DNA of 64,000 nt, taken from NCBI GenBank assembly GCA_050613775.1, contig JBODTK010000109.1:248001-312000 (forward strand). The letters run 5' to 3'. Source of the stretch: Neocallimastix sp. 'constans' (taxonomy: Eukaryota). Position 1 is the stretch's first letter. Every line of letters begins with the position of its first letter. The notes under the pieces were generated by a model. It saw nothing but the letters and a program-made list of their open reading frames with translations. It was not told the origin of the DNA and did not search any database. Positions 15,429 to 28,140 of this stretch are shown here, in pieces. Both the position numbers and the translations under genes were made by a program.

Positions 15429-16055
15429 TTATTAAATTGTTATTTTATTATATTAATTATTATATGTTTTTAATATAAATTAATAAAAAATTAAAAACAT
15501 ATTTAAATTACCAATAATATTATCGATTTTTATTAAATATAGCTCTTTTTTTTAGTTTTATTTTTTTTTAAACTTTTAAAAACTAATGATGAAATATTAA
15601 TAAGCTATAATTTTAAGTTATAATAAAATATGGGTATATAATTAATCATACAAAATGAAATACCATATCATTACTAAATAAAAACTTTCAATGAATAATA
15701 TCATTACTTATGCGAATAATAATATTTTATCTTTCAATGATATTGAATTTCTAAACACTATTTCATTTGATTATCATACACCTCTGAAATCCTATTTATT
15801 AAATTAATACAAATTAGAAAATTTCAAATTAAAATTCTTCATTTATTAAATTTTACATTATACCTAATAATAACATTAATGAAAATATTATAAAAAGTTT
15901 ATGGCCATTTGGAATAATAAATGATTGTTAATGTGTTGTTTTCCAAGTTTGAAATTATGAAGGTTCATAACTCAATTAAAAAATAAGTCAAAAAGAATAT
16001 ACTGAGAAGTATTTAATATGAAAATGGAAAACACTTTAAGGTAAATGAAAATAAC

Positions 16056-16242
<187 letters not shown>

Positions 16243-16397
16243 TAAATTATGAAATAATTAATGAAGCCTCGGAAAGGAATATTCATTAATTGCATTTAAA
16301 TAATATTTATAATTGTTCTTCAATATTTATAAGATATTTAATATATATATATTTATTTATATAAAATATATAATTTTTAACTTTAATTTTTTTTTTA

Positions 16398-16456
<59 letters not shown>

Positions 16457-16457
<1 letters not shown>

Positions 16458-16776
16458 GTTAGCTTTATTAAATTTAGATCTATAATAATATTCCTTATGG
16501 AATATGGTATACAAGGGAAATAAGTGTATGATCTATCTTTCGGCTTTAAATAAGTAATAAAGTCACATGTTACAACATGCGTTTTCCATAACATAAAATA
16601 AATTAAAAATTAATTAAATAAATATTAAAAGATAATTAACATAGATTTATACAAGACGATAGATCATAATACATTTAAGTAATCATTAAATATAAATAAA
16701 TAAATACACATAAATATAAATAAATACTATAAATAAATAAATTAAATATATAGTTAAATTATGAGTGCAGTCAACA
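16457..16776 (-). repeat. Copia 3' LTR (320 bp)
   Basis: Direct repeat of 30208-30527; abuts the PPT. Confidence 0.96.
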
Positions 16777-16796
16777 CTCCCCCTCAAATAATATTT

Positions 16797-19700
16797 TTAG
16801 ATAAAAATGTTGTTTGTAAATTTTTGTATCTTTGGTCCATTTGAGTCCTTGGTTAATATGTCTGCTAGCATGTTTTCAGTATCAATATATTCTAATTTTA
16901 CTTTCTTCTTTGCAATATTGTCCCTGTTGAAATGATATCTTACACTTATATGCTTTAATTTTGTATTTATTTCTCCGTTCTCCATTATTTTCTTACTTGC
17001 TTGATTATCTGTATAGATTTTAACAGTTATCCATTTGTTTAAAATTTCTTTTATTATATTTCTAATCCATAATATTTTCTTTATATTTTCGGAAGTGCTT
17101 ATGTACTCTGCTTCAGCAGTAGACGTAGCAACACTTGTTTGTTTCTTGGACAACCAGCATATCGGACTTGTTCCCATAAGTATTATTCCTCCTGAGGTAG
17201 ATTTTCTATCTTCCAAACAGCCGGCAAAGTCAGAGTCGGTATATGCAACAAGCTCCCCCTTTCCATTATATTCTATCTTAAATTCTTTGGTACTATTAAT
17301 ATATTTTAGAATATTTATTATTTTGTTCCAATCCGATATAGTTGGATTTTCACATTTTCTTGAAGCTTTATTTACAGCGAAAGCTATGTCAGGTCTAGTA
17401 CATTTCGAAAGGTATATTAAGGAACCTATTGCGCTTTTGTAGATTGTTTTATCGAAAGGTTTATTGTTTTCTGATATTTTATTATCACCAGTACATGGTG
17501 TTTTTCTTTTCTTTGTATTATCAATATTAAATTTATATAACATATTATTTATAAAATTTTTTTGTGAAATAATATATGAATTATTTTCTTTCTTTACTTC
17601 AATTCCTAATATGTATTCAATTGGATCACATTTAGATATTTTAAATTTTGATTTTATTTTATTTATTATTTGTTTAATGTATTCGTTTTCTCCAGCGATG
17701 ACCATGTCGTCCACGTATAAGCCGATAATGCATTTTGTTATATTATTTTTTGTAAATTTGAAAATACATTGTTCGGATTTAATTTGAATGAACTTATTTT
17801 TTATTAGAAATTTTCTAATGGTATTATACCATTGTCTACCAGATTGCTTAAGGCCATACAAAGCTTTGTTGAGCTTCCAATATCCCCGCCCAAAGCGCGT
17901 ATCGCCTTTAGGAATAGTAGTATAAATATCTTTATCAAGCGGAGCATTAAGGTAAGCGGCCTTTATATCTAGCTGGAAAATATTCCACTTAAGAGCAGCA
18001 GAAATAGCGAATATTAATTTAAGACCATCAATGTTTAGAGTAGGAGAATAAGTTAATTCATAATCGATTCCCCATTTTTGTTTAAATCCACGAGCAACTA
18101 AACGAGCTTTATATTTATAAATATTATTATTTGAATCACGTTTAGTGTTGAAAACCCATTTTGTGGTAATGATGTTTTTGTTTTTAGGTACATTTTTAAC
18201 AAAAGTCATAATATTATTAGAATAAAGGTTATTAAGTTCATCATTAATAGCCTCAATCCAGTTATTTTTGTCTTCACTGTTTATTGCTTCTTCATATGTA
18301 TTAGGAATGTGACAAAATATAGAAGCAATAATAATGTCGTTGATTTGGTCTAGTTTTCTACGAGAACTAATATTAGTAGGTGCAGTCTCTTTATATTTTG
18401 GACTAAGTGGTCTTTTATAGATGTTGCCATATTCTGTATTGGCTACAATGTCATCCATAATTTCATCTTTATTAAAATCAATAACACTTGATGCATCTAT
18501 AAGAGATTTATGGGCATAATTTTCTTTGTTTACTATATTATTGTTGCTAAATTTATTATTTATTTCGTTATTATTAGTAAGTGAAATTTCGTCTGATTTT
18601 TGAGAAATTTGGTTGGTTGAAGAATCGGTTATTAAAGGTAAATTCTGATTAAAATTATATGGAAGAGTTATATTTTTAAGATTTTCCATTACCGTATTTT
18701 TATTATCTGAAGGAATATTATTGATATCTATTGTAGGAGTGGAGAAATTATAGTTTTTCTTCATAGAGTCGCTGGATTTTGAATTTTGTTGAATTAATTT
18801 ATTATTTTTCGATAAAAAATTTTTATTAATAAAATTTTGATCATTTTTTGGTAAATTTTTGATATTCATTGATTTATTTGAATTATTAATAGATTTATGT
18901 GAATCATTATTGTTGTCATATGTTATTATTGAATTATTTGAAGATTTTTTGATATGATATGAATGTGATTTTGCTTCAGCCAATAGATTTTCTTGAAAAT
19001 TTTCATCATTTTTTGAAAAATTTTTATTATTAAAATTTTTTTTCATATTATTATTATTTATTGTAAAATTCTGTAAATTTTGGCTTGATTTTTCATTATT
19101 TAAAAATATTTTATTTTTATCAAAATTTTCAAATTCGGTTATTTTTTCTTTTCCTTTGTTCCTGCTGGAAGTTGAGGCGGCGTAAGCAGGATCTTCTGGT
19201 TTATATTTTTCAATAATGTTAGAATTAAAATTGGTATTCTTAGTATTATTTCTAAACTTTTTATTATAATTTTTATTTATTATTTCTAAATTTCTATTTA
19301 TCTCATTCAAATAATTATTTTCAGAATTATTTTTGTCAACATTGTTGAAATTGAATTTCAATTTAAATTCACAATTATTTTTATTTTTAATTTCAGGATT
19401 AATTTTAGAATTAATTTCAACATCTTTATTTAAATTATGGTTATTTTTCTGGTTTATATCTTTATTATCAAATTCTTGATTTTCTTCATTTAACGATATA
19501 TTATTGACATGCTTATTTTTAATGTAATTACTTTTATGTTCTGTATTAGTAGTCCTTTCATTATTAATATTTTCATTTAAAATGTTTTCTTCATTTAAGA
19601 TGTTTCTTCCATTAAAATTATTTTCATTGTTCATATTATTATCTTCATTTATATTATTATCTTCATTTATATTATTATCTTCATTTATAATATTATCTTC

Positions 19701-22180
19701 TGGATTCATATCTTTTCTATTGTTGTCTTTCATAAATGAGAAGTAAGAGTCTTTATAATTGCTTGTTTCGTATTTGTGTTTACTAGGCTCTTCTTCAACG
19801 AATTCTACATCGTTAGTATAATGTATTTTATTATTTTCAATATCCATGATAATATATGAATATTTTTTATCATCAAATCCCAAGAATACGCCCTTCTTAG
19901 CATTTGGTAAAAATTTTGATTTGTGTTGTGTATCATCCCTGTAATAACACACACAACCAAAGGTTTTTAAATGTTTTAACTCTACCTTTTTGTTGTAAAA
20001 TACTTCATTGGGTATTAAAAATTTATTTCCTGAATGGGGAATTAAGTTATATATGTAGCATGCCTGTTTTATGGCGAAATTCCAAAAGTTTTCTGATAAT
20101 TCTGCCCAATATAGAAGAGTTTTAGCTGAATTTCTAAGAGTTCTGTTTATTCTTTCAGCTTTTCCATTAACTTCAGGACAACCTGGGGGAGAATAGGTTT
20201 TTTCTATTCCATTTTCTTTACAGTATTTATTAACTGTTTTATTTTTAAATTCCTTTCCTCCATCTGATTTAAATATTTTAATATTATATTCTTCAAATTG
20301 GTTATTTAAGTACTTGAAGAATTCCACAATTAATTCGGGGGCTTCGGCTTTAGATTTTAAAGTATATATCCATACTTTTCTTGAGAATTCATCCATGAAT
20401 GTAATAAAGTATTTTTTATTATTGATAGATGAATTGTATGGACCTGAAATGTCTGAATGTATTATTTCTAATATTTTCGTAGCTTTCGGTGTTTTTCCTC
20501 CGTGTGATTTCCTTGACATTTTAGCTACTTTACATTCTATGCATTTAGGAGTTTTTATTTGGTGTAAACTTAGATATTTGTTTATGTTTTCTAGGTAATA
20601 ATGACCTAGTCTTCTATGCCAAATTTCAAGGCTTTTTTCATCAACTTCGTTTAAAGCCATAATATTTTTATCCTTTTCTTCAAAGTTTTTATTAATCTTG
20701 TAAGTATTTACTAAGAATTGATTATCATTTGTAGAATAATAAGTTCCTATATATACATTATTTGGACCCCATAAGTTAAATCTACCACGTGTATAATCAT
20801 CAGTGTCAATAATGACTCTATATCCTATTTTGGCCAGTTCTATTCCACTAATAAGATTTTTAGTTGCAGATTTTGAATATAATACCTTGTCTAGTCGTAA
20901 ATATATTCCATTAATGTAACATTCGTAAGTACCATATCCTTCGAAGCTACACATTGTCCCATTGGCACATCTTAACTTTATTTTGCAGTGAATAAAATTA
21001 TTTAGCAAATTAAAATCATTAGTTATATGTTCTCCAGCACCAGTATCATATAACCATTCACTAGTCTTATCATTTTCTTCATAATAATTGATGTTGTTTA
21101 CATATAATTCCTCTTTTTTATTAGGAATTGTTATCTCCTTTGGAATAATAGAACTATCATTCACGTATTCAATTAATCCAGAAAATTTAACCTTATTGTT
21201 AATGTTTATTTCTTCTTGTTTTTCTATCAGTGCCCTTGCGTCTTCAAAATCAAAATTATCGTCATAACTACTGGCACTGTCTGGATCAGAAATTTTACTT
21301 ATTAAATGTAAAGACTTCTTTGGATGATCATTTAATGTGGTCTTTACTTGAAGCTTTTCTTGCCTCCCTTTATTATGATTTGACTTCGTCTTCATATTAT
21401 ATATGCAGTTTCTGGTAGAGTGTCCTTTAACTTCACAAATGTGACAATATGATTTATTATTATTGTCTTTGTTACTATTATCTTTATTATTATTGTTATA
21501 TTGGTTACCATTTTGCTTTCCTCTTTTCTTAGAGTTAGAGCTTTTGTTATTATGGTTGTTGTGTTCATTTTTCTTTGAGGAATTACTAGTTCTTCTTCCT
21601 CTACTGATAAAATCTAGATCCATTGGATCATCTTTTTCAATGGTTTTGTTATCTTCCCAATTTTCTAGGTAAGATTTTGCATAAATAAAACTTTTGAGAT
21701 TATTAATATATACATTAGGGTCACTATTCAAATTAATTTGAATGATATTTTTATAATCATCCGGTAGTACGTTATAGAGATATTTTAATTTTTCCTTATC
21801 AGTGATCTCCACATGTTGTTCTTCCATATCATCGAAAGTTTCTTTCATAAGTTCTAGCTTTTCGATGATTTGATTTCTATCTCTGGCTTTAATACTTCTT
21901 AATCTTTTAAGCCAGTATTCCATATCAGCATTTGAATTTCCATATTTTGATTTGAGTCTTTCCATTATACGGAAACCATTATTAAGTCTGCTGATTTCTC
22001 TTAAAACAGAATCATCGACATTCTTACTGATCATGAGTATCATGTCAGCATCGATCCTTTCTGCTTCCTCAACTAATCTGATATGATTAAGAGGATTACC
22101 AAAAAAGTTAGTTAGCTGAGTATTGATATCAACGTCATTGTTTCGATTAACCTCAGCATTATTGTTTCGAATAGGTGCGG
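16797..22180 (-). CDS. Copia Gag-Pol polyprotein, downstream portion
   Basis: CCHC CHICEVKGHSTRNC; protease WLYDTGA; IN WHRRLGH...CIEC and DDE (HSDISGP, KSDGGKEF, AERINR); RT YVDD; RNase H YTDSDFAG. The frame stays open up to the TSD at 22181. Confidence 0.95.
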
Positions 22181-22185
22181 CAGGA

Positions 22186-22957
22186 TATAAAGTTTTGATA
22201 AAAAAAATAGATTATAAATCAACACTTCAATAATAACACTAAAACACAAAATAATAGTTTTAAAGAACAAGTTTTATTAATTTTTTAAATATTAAAATCT
22301 TTATTTATTTTAAAGTGTTATTAACAAGAAATCGTTAATAACAATTACATCGATTAAAATACATGAAATTTGATAACTATTTATATTTTTATCTTATTGC
22401 ATTTATAATATATAATTCCTATTGAATTATATTATCTAGCTATTTATTTAAAACAGTACTAACCTAAACTAATAATAAATAATTAACTATTACTAAATAA
22501 AGAGAATTATAATTAATAACTAAAATAAATATAATCAATTCTAATTGAGTTCATTTATTATTTATTTATTATTTAAATATTATTAGTAAATTTATTATAT
22601 ATTTTCTATTTAAAAATAATATAAAAGTTGTCATAATTATTTAATATAAATTTAGCATAAAATGCCGTAAGTTTCAACATGACTAATTGCATAGTTTCAT
22701 GTTGTTAATTTATCTTGTGAAAAACCTTAACTCTTATTATTTAAATTAAATTACATAAAAAGAAATGATTTTCAAATACTAGTTTCACAAGAGAAATTTT
22801 TAATTTATTAGTATGATTGGGAAAAAATCGGAATTATGTTAAAAATATTTTCAATAATTTTATACACGTGATTTCAAATAAATTTATTTTAATTTTTACT
22901 TAAATTTATGATTAAATTTAATTAAAATTATTTAAAGATATTAATAATATCTTTACA
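22186..22957 (-). repeat. Chromovirus 3' LTR (772 bp)
   Basis: Direct repeat of 29129-29900; sense-strand termini TGTAAAG...CTTTATA. Confidence 0.95.
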
Positions 22958-22994
22958 ATCTCGCCCTTTAAGTCGAGCTCCTGCGAGATTAACT

Positions 22995-25900
22995 TTAGGA
23001 AGGAAGATCGATCACAAAAGGTTGATATTTATGCCTAACATAGTACTCGTTCGAATCTTCAGGTAGTTGGCAAAATTCATTGTTAATATTCGAAGATTTA
23101 TTCTTCTTTTCTTTTCTATAGTATTCTTGTATTAATTGTTTATCAAAAATTTGATCTTCATCGATCCAAGTATTTTCATTAGAATCGCATCCTTTCCATT
23201 TAATCAAGTAACGATTTTTATTGTTAAAAGTTTTCATTTTAATTATTCTTTCAGGACTTCTATTAATTGTATCCGTAGTAAGATTAATATTTCTTCTACG
23301 AGTATTTCTTCTGTTTGGGAATTCATTTTCATGGTAAGGTTCGAGGAGCGAAACATGGAATACAGGGTGACAGCGCATATTATTAGGAAGTTTAAGTTCA
23401 TACGCTAAATCACTAACTTTTCTAATGATTTCAAAGGGTCCTATTAGTTGATCAGATAATTTTTTATTTTTCTTTGTTGTATTACCCTTTAAAAGATAAA
23501 CTTTATTTCCTACTTTAAAATCAGGAGAATCTATTCTTTTTAAATCTGCATATTTTTTATAAGTCTTTTTCGCTTGTTCTAAATTTTCTTTTAAAAACTT
23601 TATGTTTTCGTTAATATTCAATATTTTTTTTTCAGCTCTATGTGGATTCTCGTTTGAAGGAATCTCAGGATTAAACTTTGGATTAAATCCATAATTTGCA
23701 AAAAATGGTGATTGATTTATTGATTGTTGTAAAGTATTGTTATAAGAAAATTCTGCAAAAGGTAATAAATCAAACCAATTATTTTGTTTTTCGTTAATGA
23801 AACAACGAAGATATTGTTCCAATATCGAGTTCACCCTCTCCGTTTGACCATCAGTCTGCGGGTGATTAGCAGTAGAAAAAGAATGCTTAATATTTAAAAG
23901 AGAGCAAAGACGATTCCAAAAATCAGAGGTAAATTGAGAACCACGATCAGAAATAATAGAATCGGGGAAACCATGAAGTTTAAAAATATTAGCAATGAAA
24001 GAATCAGCAGCAATAGAAGCAGTAGGAAGACATCTAAATGGTATAAAATGAGCCATTTTAGTTAAGCGATCCACAACAACCATTATAGTGGTCATATCTT
24101 TGGATTTCGGAAGTTCAACAATAAAATCCATAGAGATAGCAGACCAGGCTCTATTTGGTGTATAAAGTGGAGAAAGTAAACCATATGGCTTATGTCTTGG
24201 GATTTTGGATTTTGAACAAATTTCACAAGATTTAATAAACATTTTAACATCTTTTTGTAATTTAGGCCACCAGAAATTACGAGAAATAAGTTCAATAGTT
24301 TTATTAATTCCAAAATGACCAGCAGAAATAGAGTCATGATGGAGTTCTAAAACTCTTATTCTAATTTTATTGGGAACATAAATTAAATTTTCAAAAAGTA
24401 AATAACCATTTTTGTCAAGAGAAAATTTATCGATTTTACTAAAAGGGGGATCTTTTGAATTATCATTTTTAAGAAATTCAGTTATTTTGCAATAGAATTC
24501 ATCATTAGCTAGAGAATCATGAATAGAGGAGATTAAAGAATCATTCTTAAAACTACATGAATTAATAACGCATGAAATAGGACGAACACTAGCAAATAAA
24601 TGATCACTACGTCTTGATAAAATATCTGGTTTACCTGACTTTTTACCAGCTCTGTAAATTAGTTTAAAATCAAATCTAGATAAGAATTCATACCAACGAA
24701 TTTGGCGTTGGGAAAGAAGTTCAGGTTTTCGAGGGAAAGTTAAATTCTTATGATCAGTATAAATAATAAACTGATGGCGAGCTCCTTCTAAGTAATGTCT
24801 CCATCCTTCCAATGCAACTTTAATAGCAAGAAGTTCTTTGTCATAGATAGGGTAATTTCTTTGGGATTTAGTTAAGCTAGTAGAAATAAAAGCAATTGGA
24901 TGCAAATGCCCATCAAATTCCTGAGAAAGAATTGCACCAACAGCAAAATTACTAGCATCAGTTTCAACAATGAATTGTTTGTTGCTATCAGGATGTTTCA
25001 AAATAGGAGCAGTAGTAAATAATTCTTTTAAAGTATCAAACGCTTTTTGTTGTTCAGAACTCCAATTAAAAGGAACATTTTTTCTAGTTAATTTGTGGAG
25101 AGGATTTGCAATTTTCGCAAAGTCTTTAATAAAAATTCTGTAATAATTACAAAGTCCAATAAACGATTGAATTTCTTTAACGTTTGTTGGAACAGGCCAA
25201 TCTAAAATTGCTTTAACTTTTTCTTTATCCATTTCAATTCCATCTCTTGATAAAACATAACCAAGAAAAGTAGTTTCAGTTACATCAAATTCACACTTTT
25301 CTAATTTAACAACTAAATGATTCTCTAACAATTTTCTTAAAACTTTCTTGACATGTACATGATGTTCTTCTAAAGTATTAGAATAAATTAAAATGTCATC
25401 AATATAAGAGATTACAAAATCATCTAAGTAATCACTGAGAACATCATTTATAAAATGTTGGAATGTAGCAGGGGCATTCTTAAGCCCAAAAGGCATAACG
25501 AGATATTCAAAGTGCCCATATCTTGTGCGAAAGGCAGTTTTGTACTCGTCACCTTCTTTAATTCTTACTAAGTTATAGGCAGATTTTAAATCTAACTTAG
25601 TAAAATATTTAGCACCTTTAACTCTATCCAACAATTCACTAATTAAAGGAAGAGGGTAAGAGTTACGGATGGTCATTTCATTTAATTTTCTATAATCAAT
25701 AACTAATCTATATGTACCATCCTTTTTTCTAACAAATAAAATAGGTGCTCCAGCGGGAGAAGAAGATTTTCTAATAAAACCCTTTTTTAAATTTTCTTCT
25801 AAATATTTCTTTAATTCTTCTCTCTCCGTCTCAGTTAAAGGATACAACGGTCCATAAAATAAACTACAATTATCTTTTAATTTAATCTCACAATCATAAT

Positions 25901-27764
25901 TACGATGCGGAGGTAACACATTACAATTATTTTCATTAAACACTTCTTTAAACATCAAATAGATTTCAGGTACTTCGACCTTTTCATCATCTTTATTTAA
26001 ATTATTATTTTCATTATTACATTTTTCAATTACATTTAATTTCTTACATTTACTTGATTCACAAATTTTCTTTAAGATCTTTAAACTATTTTTACTAATT
26101 TTACTAACACAATTCATAACAATAATATCATCACTATCACTAAAATTATCGCTATCACTAATGCTATCACTAAAATTATCTAACATAAAAGTATCATTAA
26201 TATCACTATCGCTATCACTATTAATAAATTCAGTACAAGTTCTAATACGAGTTCGGCGGCCACGAATAGAAATTTCTTCTTCAGAATCAGATTCGGAATC
26301 GGATTCAAAGAAAGATTTTCTTTTTCTTGAGTCTTCAATAATTTTATTTTCTTCCAAGTCGGTAGCAGATTCTTTTCCTTTGTTCTTTTTCTTGTTCTTG
26401 ATCTTGTTCTTTCTTTTTCTTTTACCGTTATTACAGTGTCTAGCGCAAAATCCTGAGCCAAAGGAGATCTTCTTTGCGTCGTGGTAATTATAAGGCGAAT
26501 GCTTCTCAATCCAAGGTAGACCTAAAATAATATCAACATCAGGAATTCTGAGTACATACAATTGAATGATTTCTAAGTGATTTTTTAAACGTAAAATGCA
26601 CTTCTCCGTTTCCTTTTTAACTGTTGATATTCCGTAACCAAGACCAGTAACACGGAATGGTTCTTCAATTTGTTGGGTTTTGATTCCAAAAGCCTTCGCA
26701 AATTCTGGGTGAATAAAGTTAAGATCTGATCCAGAATCAATCAAAACTCTTGCCTTTACTTCTTCTGTATCGTTTGTTTTGATATAAAAATCAATAATGT
26801 TACTTTTCTTGGTCAAGAGTGAGTTTTGCTCTTCAACAATTTTTCTGACTTTCAAAATATCTTCTTGGCTGTTGATTCTTCTGATTCTTCTTAAGCTAGT
26901 AGATGCAATATTATCATTTCTTTCTTTCTTGTTGATCATTTTAACTGTAGCGGGCCTCTTCTTGTTCGGGCAATTAAATTTAAGATGCCCTGGTTGCTTA
27001 CAATAGTAGCAAAGACCTTTTCTTCTTTCTTCTTCCTTAGAGTTAACATTCTCCTGGTACAATTTCTTGTTGGATGGGAAATAGTTGGTATTCCTTTGAC
27101 CTCTCTTGATTCGATAGAGGTCAACTTCCATGGGATCATTATTAGTGAGTTGTGTACTGGAACTAGCGTTGTTTCGGTGATTGTATTGATGAAAATAAAA
27201 TTCATTAATACTGTGTCTTTTGGTTAAACTCTCAATGCTAATAACGTCAGTAAACAAAGCTCTTAAATTGTTTGGGTTCGGATTGACCACGGCAAGATGT
27301 TCTCTCATTTTATAATGTAATCCTTTGATAAACATGTATATTTTTGCAGACTCGTTGAAGTCTGAGTTTCTTGCAACTTTATTGAATTCATTAATGTAAT
27401 CGTTAACGCGGCCAAACTTATGTTGACGGATTGAACAAAGTTTCCCATTAGCAATTACAGTATTAACTTCTTCTTCACCATAACGAGCTCTAAGTTCATT
27501 AATGAAATTTTCATAGGAATTCAAAATTTCGTCATTGTTGCGTCTCAAAGACGAAGCCCAGTCTAAAGGTTCTCCAATTAAATAAGAAATTAAGAATTTG
27601 ACTTTTGCGATGTCATTATTAATTCCATGTGGGTTGGATTCCATAGCAATTTCGGCTCTGGTTAGGAACCCGTCGAATTCCCTCTTGATACCAGAAAACA
27701 GTGGTGGATCATTTACTGTTTTCTGAGTGTTTCTTAAGAAGCCTTGATTATTTGCTTGGTTCAT
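22995..27764 (-). CDS. Chromovirus Gag-Pol polyprotein (single ORF); first ATG at 27764 (track start 27815 is TTG)
   Basis: DPMEVD; CCHC CYYCKQPGHLKFNC; PR LIDSGS; RT YIDD; RH ETDASN; IN HHCC and DDE (SMDF, ISDRG, QTERVN); GPF; chromodomain RYLIKWKG...NTW. Confidence 0.95.
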   Translation of the reverse strand: MNQANNQGFLRNTQKTVNDPPLFSGIKREFDGFLTRAEIAMESNPHGINNDIAKVKFLISYLIGEPLDWASSLRRNNDEILNSYENFINELRARYGEEEVNTVIANGKLCSIRQHKFGRVNDYINEFNKVARNSDFNESAKIYMFIKGLHYKMREHLAVVNPNPNNLRALFTDVISIESLTKRHSINEFYFHQYNHRNNASSSTQLTNNDPMEVDLYRIKRGQRNTNYFPSNKKLYQENVNSKEEERRKGLCYYCKQPGHLKFNCPNKKRPATVKMINKKERNDNIASTSLRRIRRINSQEDILKVRKIVEEQNSLLTKKSNIIDFYIKTNDTEEVKARVLIDSGSDLNFIHPEFAKAFGIKTQQIEEPFRVTGLGYGISTVKKETEKCILRLKNHLEIIQLYVLRIPDVDIILGLPWIEKHSPYNYHDAKKISFGSGFCARHCNNGKRKRKNKIKNKKKNKGKESATDLEENKIIEDSRKRKSFFESDSESDSEEEISIRGRRTRIRTCTEFINSDSDSDINDTFMLDNFSDSISDSDNFSDSDDIIVMNCVSKISKNSLKILKKICESSKCKKLNVIEKCNNENNNLNKDDEKVEVPEIYLMFKEVFNENNCNVLPPHRNYDCEIKLKDNCSLFYGPLYPLTETEREELKKYLEENLKKGFIRKSSSPAGAPILFVRKKDGTYRLVIDYRKLNEMTIRNSYPLPLISELLDRVKGAKYFTKLDLKSAYNLVRIKEGDEYKTAFRTRYGHFEYLVMPFGLKNAPATFQHFINDVLSDYLDDFVISYIDDILIYSNTLEEHHVHVKKVLRKLLENHLVVKLEKCEFDVTETTFLGYVLSRDGIEMDKEKVKAILDWPVPTNVKEIQSFIGLCNYYRIFIKDFAKIANPLHKLTRKNVPFNWSSEQQKAFDTLKELFTTAPILKHPDSNKQFIVETDASNFAVGAILSQEFDGHLHPIAFISTSLTKSQRNYPIYDKELLAIKVALEGWRHYLEGARHQFIIYTDHKNLTFPRKPELLSQRQIRWYEFLSRFDFKLIYRAGKKSGKPDILSRRSDHLFASVRPISCVINSCSFKNDSLISSIHDSLANDEFYCKITEFLKNDNSKDPPFSKIDKFSLDKNGYLLFENLIYVPNKIRIRVLELHHDSISAGHFGINKTIELISRNFWWPKLQKDVKMFIKSCEICSKSKIPRHKPYGLLSPLYTPNRAWSAISMDFIVELPKSKDMTTIMVVVDRLTKMAHFIPFRCLPTASIAADSFIANIFKLHGFPDSIISDRGSQFTSDFWNRLCSLLNIKHSFSTANHPQTDGQTERVNSILEQYLRCFINEKQNNWFDLLPFAEFSYNNTLQQSINQSPFFANYGFNPKFNPEIPSNENPHRAEKKILNINENIKFLKENLEQAKKTYKKYADLKRIDSPDFKVGNKVYLLKGNTTKKNKKLSDQLIGPFEIIRKVSDLAYELKLPNNMRCHPVFHVSLLEPYHENEFPNRRNTRRRNINLTTDTINRSPERIIKMKTFNNKNRYLIKWKGCDSNENTWIDEDQIFDKQLIQEYYRKEKKNKSSNINNEFCQLPEDSNEYYVRHKYQPFVIDLPS

Positions 27765-28097
27765 TTCTAAATCAAGGTTTTCGAATTTTTGAATTAAATC
27801 TTCAACTTCGTTCAATTTGTAACTTATTATTTACTTTTGAATAATTTAAATAATGATATTTGAAATAGATGTTCTAATAAAAAGATATTTCTATTATAAT
27901 ATTGTATGTAAAGTCGAACTGGCTCTCTCCAATTGTAATGGTGCCGTCGAGTAAACTGAATATTATAATATAGTATCTTACTGGTTAAAATTTAATTCCA
28001 AATAATATTATGGATTTCTCACGTAATCTGGTAATTTTATTCAAAAGTCTTGCACAAGTGTCCCAATATGATAAATGGTATGGTATGAGTCTGGTAA

Positions 28098-28139
<42 letters not shown>

Positions 28140-28140
<1 letters not shown>

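Noticed and set aside
15600..16050. Possible decayed gene flanking the copia insertion (also ~30600-30930)
   Set aside because: Only short broken frames with no recognisable motif.
17035..27227. Short antisense or alternative-frame ORFs overlapping the two polyproteins
   Set aside because: Shadow ORFs of long coding frames with no recognisable motifs.
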